A DNA stretch of 64,000 nt from Candidatus Omnitrophota bacterium. GTDB lineage: Bacteria > Omnitrophota > Gorgyraeia > Zapsychrales > Fredricksoniimonadaceae. Made by a program: the position numbers and the translations under genes. The stretch lies in contig JADFXX010000010.1 in the NCBI GenBank assembly GCA_015233335.1, positions 4,560 to 68,559 of the forward strand. The letters run 5' to 3'. The notes beneath the pieces were generated by a model that saw only the letters and a program-made list of their open reading frames with translations, had not been told where the DNA came from and ran no database searches. Numbering within the stretch: the first letter of the stretch is position 1; the number at the start of each line of letters is the position of its first letter. This document shows, in pieces, positions 8,638-20,423 of this stretch.

Positions 8638-11600
8638 ATGAGGGCCCCATTTATCTATATAGCTGTTTTAATAGCTTTTTTGGTTAATACATTAAGCCCC
8701 TTGCCTACTGCCTGGGCTCAGGAATATCATTTGCCTGACCCAGGGATCATCGTTCATTTAAGTCCGCCGCTTGATCCTCCCATGCTTAAAGGAATCAAGG
8801 TCTATCCCGATAATCCATTTCGATTTGATTTTATTCTTGATCGAGGTGATAGCGAGTTAACCAATGATCAGCTGAAATACGAATCCGGCAAATTGGTTAA
8901 ATATTTTCTTGCCAGTTTGACGACTCCCGAAAAAGACCTGTGGGTCAACTTATCACCCTACGAAAAAGACAGGATTATCCCTCAAAGCTTTGGACTGACG
9001 GAAATGGGGCGTGACCTTTTAGCCGAAGATTATATGCTCAAGCAAATAACGGCCAGTTTGATTTATCCTGAGGATGTCGTTGGAAAGCAGTTTTGGGAGA
9101 AAATTTATGAAGAGGCTGCCAAGAAGTATGGAACAACGGATATCCCTATCAATACGTTTAACAAGGTTTGGATAATTCCGGAAAAAGCGGTTGTTTATGA
9201 GAATACAAAGGTTAAATCGGCGTATGTGGTGGAGGCAAAGCTAAAAGTGATGCTAGAGCAGGACTATTTAGCATTGTCAAAAAACCAGATGCCAAGCCCA
9301 TTGCCAAACGACGCAGGGTTGAATCTGAAAACACCCCAGGTCAACAACGGCAGACCAAGTGACATCAGCGCTCTCGGCTCCCAAATCGTCCGTGAAGTCG
9401 TCATCCCCGAATTGACCCGTGAAGTCAACGAGAACAAGAATTTTGCCAAACTTCGTCAGGTTTATAGTTCTCTGATCCTTGCGACTTGGTATAAGACAAA
9501 GATCAAGGACAGCATCTTAAGTCAAGTTTATGCCGATCAGAACAAAGTCGCCGGTATCAATATTGATGATCCCAATGAAAGACAAAAAATTTATGATCGT
9601 TATTTGCGGGCATTCAAAAAAGGAGTCTTTAATTATATCAAGGAAGAAACCGATACTTTATCTCAAGAAACCATTCCGAGAAAATATTTTTCTGGAGGGG
9701 AAGATTGTACAAAACTTGGTCTAACAATGACGTATTTGAGTGATCAGGCAATGGAATCAGCAGTGCTGGTTAAAAATCCGCTAGAGGTGAGCGTTAATAT
9801 AAGTCCTTATTCAAAATCATTTATGTTTCGTCAAGCTCAGGCCCGAGCTCAAGCCCGAGCAAATGAAAATACCGAGCCTGTTTTCAGCGATACTCAAGAA
9901 GATATTCAAGCCCAGAACAAGCCTGGAGAATGGTGGAGGGGGCTTAAGGAGGATATATCCAAAACAGGCTCGTCTTTGATAAAATTTGAAATTATGGAGA
10001 GAAAAAGAAGGATTGATGCTCTATGGAACAGGGCGAGATTTAATCATTTGGAAGCAGCTTTTCAAGAAAGTGTTATACGTCAGGTTAATGCGGATACTGA
10101 TTTTCCAAAGACAGAAGAAGAAAAAAAACATGTGATCGCTTATAGGTTGACAGAGCCTAATAGGGAGATCAACCGTGTTGCAGAAGCATTAATGAAAAAC
10201 GAACAAATCAAAGCCTCCGAATTAAAGGAGTATATTGATATGTTGGCTGAAATGTTCGATTTTCATAATGCGTTTAGTCTTGTCGAAATTATTTTAAGTG
10301 CCCCAAGCCTGCCTGCCTTGCGTAAAGTTTATGAGGCATATAATAATGGAGGTAAAAGCTTGACCGCCTTTTATTATACGCCAGTCGTCAGCGGGATACT
10401 TTTAAAGGCGAGAACAGAGCAAGAATTTGATGATGCGGTTGGTCTTTTTATTAAAACTTTTTCCGGTAAAGGTATTATTAGCAGTGAAATAACCAATCAA
10501 TTACGGTTATTATTGGGTAGAAGTACTTATCCGCAATATGCTGTCCCTGATCTTGGATATTTTCGAGTTATTTTGCAGGTTATATCTGAAATTTGGGCAA
10601 GGGATCAAAAATTTCCTAAAGCTCTATTGCATAATGTATCACGGTTAGTTCAAGATAAAGCATCTCTTGAAAGTTTTGAAAACACTTTAAGGCAACTTAG
10701 TCAGTACCGACATGTTCCGGAAGATCCATCAGGCGCAGTGGTTGGGCATGTAGGGAATATGTGGCCTATGAAATGGGAACAGTTAAACCAAGGGATAGGT
10801 ATTGGGCTTGGGGGATTTGTTTATAAAGCTTTGACTACACCTGCAACGCCCGCAGGGATACATGAAATAATGGCAGATGCCCGGGACGTCACTAATACAA
10901 CTATGCAGAGGATGGAACAGAATCGTAAGGACGCTTTTGTATTTAATAAGCTGGGTTTTGGCGGCCGGGACTTTATACATGATCAGTCACCGGGAGTCCA
11001 TCAAATATTGGAAGCCTGGATCGGGTACTATCAAAGCGGAGGGAAGCTGCTGGTCCCGCGTCCGACTGATATAGCTAGTTACGCTGTATGGCCTCCTACA
11101 GAGGAAAATCTTAAGGATCCTCAATCCGTCTATTTTGGAAAAGATGTTATTGCCTTATTAAATTCAGAGATGACTGTTAGCGGGTCGACAATGAAGGCCA
11201 TCCAATTCATTGAACGTCTTGAAAAGAATACATCCCCCGTTTTAGATAAGCCCCCAGGGGTTTATGATACCTCATCAGGTGTGGGTTATGAGAATTTGGA
11301 TAGAGAACTACAAGAGCTTCACAAGAGATCGTCTTTAGAAAAGACGGATACGTTTTCTCTTGGTTTAGCATTAAATGAGGCCAATCAAATATTGCGTCAG
11401 ATGCAAAAAGATCACCAGGTCGGAGTTATGCCTAATTTTGTCTTAAGCTTGGGGTGGCTGGAAGCTAAGGCTGTTGCGGCATTACAGGAAGCGCGCCAGA
11501 GGAGTGATGCCGATTATTATCTGGATCAATTATATCGGGAGACGTGGTTTAAAGAGGTGGTTGAATTCATGAGGCGCATTCACAGCCCCACAGAAGCCGT

Positions 11601-14286
11601 TAATGATTTTGATGCCTCGGAATTACAATCAGAAAAAAGCGATGATGTTTATAGAAAGCTGGGATGGGAAGCATTGACGTTTGTCAGAGAATGGGTGAGG
11701 ATCCATGAGAAAAACGGGCGAAAACATTTTAACGACCAGCTTTGGACTTTCAATCTTGTAGATGCTTTTATTATGCTGGGGGCAAGAGAAGGAGTTTTGC
11801 CTGCATCTAATACTGTAGAACGCCTTAGGAGACGAATTATAGAAGGATATCAAGGTCGGGCGGTCGATGCGGATTTTGCCATGACAGGGATCAACAAATT
11901 AATGCCCATGGTCCTTTACGTTTCTTCAGGGAGTAAATCGGCTGAGGGCCAAAATGCGGCAGTAGGAAAAGCAGTATCTGATTTTATCACGGCGGACAAC
12001 AAGGAAGCTTTACGAAAAGCTGTATCTCTGAGATTAAATAGAGAGGTGGCGTTAAGTGATATTAAGCAAATTGGTGTTGGGCTAAATCCTCTGATCAATG
12101 AAAAGCACTACATGCGGTTGGTTCAGTTTGCCGAGGCTGAAATTGTTATCAGGGTAAAGCTTATGACTGGTGAGACTGTTGATTTCTTATTAAAAACTGT
12201 TTTAAAATCCATACGTGATGAGCAGGCGGCTATCTCAACAGAAGACCGGTCTGATCCAAATCTGACGGCACCACGGGCTTATATTAACGGAAAAAACTAT
12301 GTTTTTGTTTCAAATGCTTTTCGACTGGGAGATGGTGCGATTGTGAGATACGGCCTTGTAGAAGGAAGGGATGAACTCGATAGAGTTATTGTAAAAGGGT
12401 ATCATGCAGGGTTGTATATGCAGGCCCAAGAATTTGGAGGAAAAGTTCAAAGAGCCAGGGCCAAGTTAATGACAAGGGTACTATGGCAACCCTTAATGGA
12501 GTCTTTAGGGGATGATGATCGCGTTTTAAATGTGGCGGTGGGAGAGGGGCGAGATCTTTTTACATATGATGAAACAAGAAATGAAGCCGTGCCCTTGCCT
12601 GATGCGTTCTTTGGGCATATGGTTGCGACAGATTTTATGGCAGAACCATTGAGAGCTTTGAAGCAACGTTATCCGGCTTTAGAAACGATACCGGCAGATT
12701 GGAGGAATATTCCCCTGCCGTCCGGAAGTGTTCGAACCGTTGTCGGTTTGAATGCAATTAGTTATGTTCCGTTAGTTCAATTGGATGCTGTGATAAAAGA
12801 ATGGGATCGATTGCTTAAGGTCGATGAGAATGGTCAAAAAAGCATGATATTTATGACGGATATAATACCTAATAGGAATAGATTTTATGAAAATAGTGAA
12901 CAATCTAAGAATCCTGAATCCGCAAAGCTTTCAGCGTTAGAAAGGAATTTATCATTTGCGAAAGAATGGCAGGGGATTATTCGTCAATTTTTTGAAAGAA
13001 ACGGGTATGAGGTTAGTTTTGAGACCGTTAGCGAAGAAGTGGTAGCTAAAGCGACAGGATTGCATGGTAATGTGCACAATTATTTTGAATTTGGGTTAGG
13101 GGTAGGGATCTCTGATCAGGATAATAATATAAACCCAAATTTCAATATGCCTTTAGGTTCGGTGCGAGAAAAAACTAATATGATTCTGGTCAGGGCGACA
13201 AAAAATACGGAGGGTACGGCTAAGCCAGTTGGTCAGAATCAATCTGCTTATACTGGAATGATTGAGAGGGGACATGATGCGCTGATTGAAAACAGGGAAC
13301 AGGTAGAAAAGATGTCGGTGCTTGAGTATGCGACATGGCTTTCAGTAAGAAAAAATGCAATAAAAGTATTTGGTCGTCCTATCAATGAAATCTCTGCAAC
13401 GGATATATATATTGAACTCGTCAAACGGCCTGAATTCAGAGGCTTTGACGGTCAACCAACACCAGAAGGAATAAAGAAATTCATTAAACATCGCCAATCT
13501 TTACTCAAACTTTTAGGGTATAATGCTGGCGATTTTGAGGATAAATATAAAGACGAGAATTGGATGGGTCGATCATTTGGTTATGAGGGGCAAAAACAAT
13601 CAGATGGCGCAAGGCTTAAGGGGTATATCAGTTTTAAGAATTTGGGAGATTTTACTCCCGAAAAATTATTAAAATTTATAGACAGGCTTACAGATCTCTA
13701 TAATGGTAAGCAATTAATCGGGGATTTCAAGATTGCAGCCCCGCATAGGGAATTAGCGTATGCTTCCATAGTGCGTCGAGAGGATATTACTTTTTATGGA
13801 GCTACCCAGAATGATATTGATGTCGCTCTTGGTATAGCCCAAGAGGTATTCGGAAAAGAAAAGGTGGTTACATCAACGGGCGTGGACCTTAAGAATTCTT
13901 ATAGTGATATTATCGCCATTGCGGTAAAAAGATCTTTAGAAGAAGAAAAGACATTTGGTGTTGAGGATTTACCTCCTGAGTTGTTAACTCATGAGCGGAA
14001 AGAATTTTTACGGTTTGGGAGTGCCCGCCCTGTTGAAAGACAGCTAGCAGATAGAAATACAAAGGCGGATACTGGCGGTATCGACCTCACACCTGCCAAT
14101 ATGGCTTTGCAGATACAAAATAACAGAGGCGAAATAAAATTCCACCTTGATCCTGTAATGCTCCTGCAGTTGCAAAACGCTCCCGGCTTTGTGCCGGTCA
14201 TTATCAATATCCAGCCGGTGAGTGATCTTAAGGTGTTTTTAGGGTTGGCGGAGAACAAGTCCGGTTCCCAGACCGCCAATTTGTAA
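8638..14286 (+). CDS. Giant secreted modular protein, paralog 2 (1882 aa): conserved N module, roughly 1450-aa unique cargo, conserved GGIDL C module
   Basis: The signal peptide and N module are identical to paralog 1 at most positions. The centre is unalignable to paralogs 1 and 3 and contains a class-I methyltransferase-like patch (RVLNVAVGEGRD ... ATDF ... GSVRTVVGLNAISYVP, about 12520-12850). The C module at 14074-14286 ends QTANL, as in paralog 1. Confidence 0.85.
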   Translation: MRAPFIYIAVLIAFLVNTLSPLPTAWAQEYHLPDPGIIVHLSPPLDPPMLKGIKVYPDNPFRFDFILDRGDSELTNDQLKYESGKLVKYFLASLTTPEKDLWVNLSPYEKDRIIPQSFGLTEMGRDLLAEDYMLKQITASLIYPEDVVGKQFWEKIYEEAAKKYGTTDIPINTFNKVWIIPEKAVVYENTKVKSAYVVEAKLKVMLEQDYLALSKNQMPSPLPNDAGLNLKTPQVNNGRPSDISALGSQIVREVVIPELTREVNENKNFAKLRQVYSSLILATWYKTKIKDSILSQVYADQNKVAGINIDDPNERQKIYDRYLRAFKKGVFNYIKEETDTLSQETIPRKYFSGGEDCTKLGLTMTYLSDQAMESAVLVKNPLEVSVNISPYSKSFMFRQAQARAQARANENTEPVFSDTQEDIQAQNKPGEWWRGLKEDISKTGSSLIKFEIMERKRRIDALWNRARFNHLEAAFQESVIRQVNADTDFPKTEEEKKHVIAYRLTEPNREINRVAEALMKNEQIKASELKEYIDMLAEMFDFHNAFSLVEIILSAPSLPALRKVYEAYNNGGKSLTAFYYTPVVSGILLKARTEQEFDDAVGLFIKTFSGKGIISSEITNQLRLLLGRSTYPQYAVPDLGYFRVILQVISEIWARDQKFPKALLHNVSRLVQDKASLESFENTLRQLSQYRHVPEDPSGAVVGHVGNMWPMKWEQLNQGIGIGLGGFVYKALTTPATPAGIHEIMADARDVTNTTMQRMEQNRKDAFVFNKLGFGGRDFIHDQSPGVHQILEAWIGYYQSGGKLLVPRPTDIASYAVWPPTEENLKDPQSVYFGKDVIALLNSEMTVSGSTMKAIQFIERLEKNTSPVLDKPPGVYDTSSGVGYENLDRELQELHKRSSLEKTDTFSLGLALNEANQILRQMQKDHQVGVMPNFVLSLGWLEAKAVAALQEARQRSDADYYLDQLYRETWFKEVVEFMRRIHSPTEAVNDFDASELQSEKSDDVYRKLGWEALTFVREWVRIHEKNGRKHFNDQLWTFNLVDAFIMLGAREGVLPASNTVERLRRRIIEGYQGRAVDADFAMTGINKLMPMVLYVSSGSKSAEGQNAAVGKAVSDFITADNKEALRKAVSLRLNREVALSDIKQIGVGLNPLINEKHYMRLVQFAEAEIVIRVKLMTGETVDFLLKTVLKSIRDEQAAISTEDRSDPNLTAPRAYINGKNYVFVSNAFRLGDGAIVRYGLVEGRDELDRVIVKGYHAGLYMQAQEFGGKVQRARAKLMTRVLWQPLMESLGDDDRVLNVAVGEGRDLFTYDETRNEAVPLPDAFFGHMVATDFMAEPLRALKQRYPALETIPADWRNIPLPSGSVRTVVGLNAISYVPLVQLDAVIKEWDRLLKVDENGQKSMIFMTDIIPNRNRFYENSEQSKNPESAKLSALERNLSFAKEWQGIIRQFFERNGYEVSFETVSEEVVAKATGLHGNVHNYFEFGLGVGISDQDNNINPNFNMPLGSVREKTNMILVRATKNTEGTAKPVGQNQSAYTGMIERGHDALIENREQVEKMSVLEYATWLSVRKNAIKVFGRPINEISATDIYIELVKRPEFRGFDGQPTPEGIKKFIKHRQSLLKLLGYNAGDFEDKYKDENWMGRSFGYEGQKQSDGARLKGYISFKNLGDFTPEKLLKFIDRLTDLYNGKQLIGDFKIAAPHRELAYASIVRREDITFYGATQNDIDVALGIAQEVFGKEKVVTSTGVDLKNSYSDIIAIAVKRSLEEEKTFGVEDLPPELLTHERKEFLRFGSARPVERQLADRNTKADTGGIDLTPANMALQIQNNRGEIKFHLDPVMLLQLQNAPGFVPVIINIQPVSDLKVFLGLAENKSGSQTANL

Positions 14287-14311
14287 ATTATCTTTATACT
14301 TTTTATGGTTG

Positions 14312-14340
14312 TTGACGTCGAGTTCTCAGGCTGATAAAAT
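14312..14340 (+). promoter_or_regulatory. Sigma70-like promoter candidate upstream of tRNA-Pro
   Basis: TTGACG (14312-14317), 17-nt spacer, TAAAAT (14335-14340). It lies about 130 nt upstream of the tRNA. Confidence 0.35.
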
Positions 14341-14474
14341 ACCGCCCTTATTAAGTTTTCGACAGGGCTATTAGATAGCAGACGGAAGGCAAACTTTCTG
14401 CAGTAAATTTAAGGAAGTTTGCACATCTCCCGAAGCTTTTCTAAGAGTTGTTCTGATAATGTTTTGGAGGTTTT

Positions 14475-14548
<74 letters not shown>

Positions 14549-14648
14549 CTTTTAATGAGCCCCAGACTTACAGATCAAAGCGATGTGAGTCTGAAGGGCG
14601 AACTAACCCCGCCGCTTGTTTTCGAAGCAAACTGGTGGGGTTTTGCCT

Positions 14649-14915
14649 ATGGTTCGAGCCCATATTTTCTTTTCCGGTTCCGTGCAAGGGGTCGGTTTCC
14701 GCTACACAACTTTATCTTTTGCCCGTCAATTCCAATTGACCGGGTGGGTCAAGAATTTGTCTGATGGACGGGTCGAGGCTATGTTTGAAGGACCCCGTGA
14801 GACAATTGAAGGACTATTGTTAAAATTAAAAGAACAGTTCGGCAGCTTTATTCGAGGCCAGCACATTGAGTGGCTGGAAGTCAGAAAGGAATTTGACAAG
14901 TTTTCAATTATTTAA
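14649..14915 (+). CDS. acyP: Acylphosphatase
   Basis: VQGVGFRYTTLSFARQFQLTGWVKNLSDGRVEAMFEG is the acylphosphatase signature. The ATG at 14649 (MVRAHIFFSG) is preferred over the TTG at 14616 given in the ORF track. Confidence 0.8.
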   Translation: MVRAHIFFSGSVQGVGFRYTTLSFARQFQLTGWVKNLSDGRVEAMFEGPRETIEGLLLKLKEQFGSFIRGQHIEWLEVRKEFDKFSII

Positions 14916-17432
<2,517 letters not shown>

Positions 17433-17436
<4 letters not shown>

Positions 17437-18323
17437 TGAAAGAATTTATCGATGAATTCATGAATTATCTTTCCGTCGAACGTGGGCTTGCCAAGAATTC
17501 GCTTTTAGCCTACCGCCGTGATCTTAATAAGTACACGGATTATCTTTTCCGAAAAGGCATCAAAGATTCCAACAAGGTCGCCCGTGAGCATGTTTCTAGT
17601 TTTATGTTTGATCTAAAGAAACAGAACATGTCTCCAAGCAGTATTTGTCGTAATCTGGCAGCGGTCAAAATGTTCCATCGTTTTTTGGTGCGGGAAAATT
17701 TGAGTACGGAAGACCCGACAACCTTGGTCGATACCCCGAAACTCTGGCAGCGGATCCCTTCTGTGTTAACTCAGGCAGAGATTGAGGCCATGATCAAGGC
17801 AGCTTCGGGGAGAAAGAGCCAGCAGGTCAGGGACCAGGCGATATTGGAAATATTTTATGCCAGCGGTCTTAGGGTATCCGAATTATCAGACCTTAAGATT
17901 ACCAGTGTTAATTTTGATGCCGGGTTTGTGCGGGCTGTAGGCAAGGGTAGTAAAGAGAGGATCATTCCTTTGGGGAAAAAAGCAAGGGAAGCTTTGCAAA
18001 AGTATTTGGACCATGTCCGGCCTAAATTGTTAAAGAAACATACCAGTGATTTTTTGTTCTTAAGCCGTTTGGGTCAGAGGATCAGTCGCCAGAGCTTATG
18101 GACGCTTATCAAATCCTACGCGCGTCAGGCGAATATCAAGAAATCGATCAAACCGCACACCTTGCGTCATACTTTTGCGACTCATTTATTGGAGCATGGG
18201 GCCGATCTGCGTTCTGTTCAGGAGATGCTGGGGCATGCGGATATTTCCACGACCCAGATTTACACGCATGTGGATAATGAACGCTTAAAGAGCGTGCATA
18301 AACAGTTTCATCCAAGGGGCTAG
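17433..18323 (+). CDS. xerD: Site-specific tyrosine recombinase, XerD/XerC family
   Basis: N-terminal SAM-like domain (YLSVERGLAKNSLLAYRRDL). Catalytic region HTLRHTFATHLLEHGADLRSVQEMLGHADISTTQIYTH. No flanking mobile-element features. Confidence 0.8.
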
Positions 18324-18356
18324 AAATAATAGGGATGTCTTCCTGGTTTATTTCGT

Positions 18357-19091
18357 ATGAAAAATTTATTGTCCTTTTTAGATCCTGAATCCAGAAAATT
18401 AGTTTCTTCCATTGGCTTACTGGCGCAAGAACAAGGAGTTGCGGCTTATTTAGTCGGAGGGCCTGTCAGAGATTTGATGCTTAAATGCCCTAATACTGAT
18501 CTGGATATTGCTGTTGAAGGCAATGCCATTCGTATAGCTGATCTTTTTGCCGCAGCCCGTCGCCGATCTCATGTAGCGCGCTATCCAGCTTTTAAAACGG
18601 CAGCGGTTCGCCTGCCCGATCGTCGGTTGGTCGATTTTGCCACGGCCCGCAGGGAAACTTACATCCGTAGCGGCGCATTTCCAGCTGTCAGGCCAGCGGA
18701 CATTAAGCAGGATCTTTTCCGTCGGGATTTTACAATCAACGCCATGGCGATTGCTATTAACCCTGAAAATGAGGGGAAAATTATAGATCCTTATGAAGGG
18801 GTGCTTGATTTGCGCGCCAAAAGGATTCGCATTCTGCATGCTAAAAGTTTTTTGGACGATCCGACGCGTATTTTAAGGGCGGCCCGTTTTAAGGCACGTT
18901 TTGGTTTTAGGATGGAAGCCGACACGCTTAAAATTTTAAAATCAGCTATAAAAATGAAAGTGCTTGAAACGATCAAGCCTCAGAGGTATCTTAAAGAATT
19001 TAATAAGATCCTTAAAGAGCCAAAATCTCTGGAAATCATTAAATGCTTGAAATTATGGGGTGCTTATAAAGACCCCCATGTGGGAGGGTAG
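18357..19091 (+). CDS. Class-II nucleotidyltransferase (CCA-adding / poly(A) polymerase head domain), short 244-aa form
   Basis: YLVGGPVRDLML...DLDIAVEG and RRDFTINAMA motifs. The protein ends shortly after the neck region, just before rbfA. Confidence 0.7.
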   Translation: MKNLLSFLDPESRKLVSSIGLLAQEQGVAAYLVGGPVRDLMLKCPNTDLDIAVEGNAIRIADLFAAARRRSHVARYPAFKTAAVRLPDRRLVDFATARRETYIRSGAFPAVRPADIKQDLFRRDFTINAMAIAINPENEGKIIDPYEGVLDLRAKRIRILHAKSFLDDPTRILRAARFKARFGFRMEADTLKILKSAIKMKVLETIKPQRYLKEFNKILKEPKSLEIIKCLKLWGAYKDPHVGG

Positions 19092-19096
19092 GCTAG

Positions 19097-19474
19097 ATGC
19101 GTATTGAAAAAGTCAATTCATCAATTAAGCGAGAGCTTGGGATTATGCTTGAGCTGGGGGAAGTCGGGGATCCAAGAATTGCTTTTGTAACTATTATGAA
19201 TGTTGATGTCAGCAAAGATTTACAGCATGCTCGGGTTAAGTTCAGCACTCTTTCCGACAACCTTAAGGATATTAAGGCCGCAATCAAAGGCTTTGAGAGT
19301 TGTCGCGGGTATATCCGGAAACTCTTAAGTCAGCGCTTGGCGCTGCGCTATACCCCTGAATTTCAATTTATCTATGATAAGAGTGTCAAGTACGCAGCGG
19401 ATATTGATAAGACTTTGGAAGAAATAAAGAAATTAAAACCGGCCCAGGAGGATCCCAAGGATGAATCTCTTTAA
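19097..19474 (+). CDS. rbfA: Ribosome-binding factor A
   Basis: RVNSSIKRELG...DPRIAFVTIMNVDVSKDLQHARVKFS is a typical RbfA sequence; the size also fits. Confidence 0.9.
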   Translation: MRIEKVNSSIKRELGIMLELGEVGDPRIAFVTIMNVDVSKDLQHARVKFSTLSDNLKDIKAAIKGFESCRGYIRKLLSQRLALRYTPEFQFIYDKSVKYAADIDKTLEEIKKLKPAQEDPKDESL

Positions 19475-20423
19475 CGAGGTCTTGAATGTTATCCGTCGCC
19501 ACAAGAAATTCTTGGTGGCCACACATCATAACCCCGATGCCGACGCTTTGTCTTCGGCGCTGGCGGTAGGGCTGTTTTTAAAAAGCAAGGCTAAGCTGGT
19601 GCATGTGCTCAATGAAGACGCATGTCCGGACTGGCTTAAATTTCTGCCCGCAACTTCTATGCTCAAAAAAGCAAGCGACTTAAAAACCCTTGATTATGAT
19701 GCGGCCATTGTGGTGGATTGCGGTGATTTAAAGCGGATTGGCGGTGTTAACCGATGGGTCGATCAAGACAAACCTTTGGTTAATATTGATCACCACGTAA
19801 CCAACGATCGATTCGGCAGTATCAATCTGGTTTTAACGAAAGCTTCTTCTACCAGTGAGATCATATTTGATTTGTTTAAAAAAGCAGGACATCCTCTCAA
19901 TCGGAATTTGGCGACGCTCCTTTATGCAGGCATCATGACGGACACAGGGTCATTCCGTTACGATAACACCTCTGCCCTTTGCCATCAAATGGTAAGCGAA
20001 CTGATGTCCTATAAGATCTCAGCGGGTAAGATGTATGACCGTCTTTATACCGGCATACCTGTGGCCGATATGAAACTTTTTACACAAGTGATTCATGATG
20101 CCCGTCTCCTTTTCGGTAATAAAGTGTACTGTGTGACCTTGCCCAAACAAATAGAATCTCGTTTTTCTAAAAGTTTTGATTTGAAGGAAAAATTGTTTAC
20201 TTTTTTGCGTTCGGTGGAGGGGATTGAGGTGATTGTCATTTTAACCCAGCTGAAACCTAAAGAAGTAAGGGTCAATTTGCGTAGTCAAGGAGACTTCAAC
20301 GTGGCTTCTTTGTCCCAGCAATTCGACGGTGGCGGACATCGCAAAGCTTCCGGTTGTAAAATTTATCAGACGTTAGCCTCTGCCGAGAAAACAATTTGTC
20401 AGGCGATCGGAAAAAGATTATGA
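19461..20423 (+). CDS. nrnA: DHH/DHHA1 phosphoesterase (NrnA-like oligoribonuclease/pAp phosphatase)
   Basis: Contains HHNPDADALSS, NIDHH and GGGHRKASG motifs. Sits in the conserved rbfA-truB neighbourhood. Confidence 0.8.
   Translation: MNLFNEVLNVIRRHKKFLVATHHNPDADALSSALAVGLFLKSKAKLVHVLNEDACPDWLKFLPATSMLKKASDLKTLDYDAAIVVDCGDLKRIGGVNRWVDQDKPLVNIDHHVTNDRFGSINLVLTKASSTSEIIFDLFKKAGHPLNRNLATLLYAGIMTDTGSFRYDNTSALCHQMVSELMSYKISAGKMYDRLYTGIPVADMKLFTQVIHDARLLFGNKVYCVTLPKQIESRFSKSFDLKEKLFTFLRSVEGIEVIVILTQLKPKEVRVNLRSQGDFNVASLSQQFDGGGHRKASGCKIYQTLASAEKTICQAIGKRL

Noticed and set aside
14347-14474. SRP (4.5S) RNA candidate because of AGCAGACGGAAGGCA
   Set aside because: It superficially resembles the domain IV GGAA tetraloop region. 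However, the flanking symmetric and asymmetric loop sequences and the terminal helix pairing of SRP RNA are not present. It is kept only as an unexplained structured leader.
14555-14764. 69-aa ORF and the TTG-initiated extension (14616) overlapping the tRNA-Pro 3' flank and acyP
   Set aside because: It is out of frame with, or merely extends, the acylphosphatase gene. The ATG at 14649 gives a protein that begins just ahead of the conserved V.G.VQGVGFR motif.
18450-18839. 129-aa minus-strand ORF inside the nucleotidyltransferase gene; similarly 25330-25746 (138 aa) inside paralog 3 and 6979-7341 (120 aa) inside paralog 1
   Set aside because: They are antisense to ORFs with clear motifs or paralog conservation, and nothing independently supports them.
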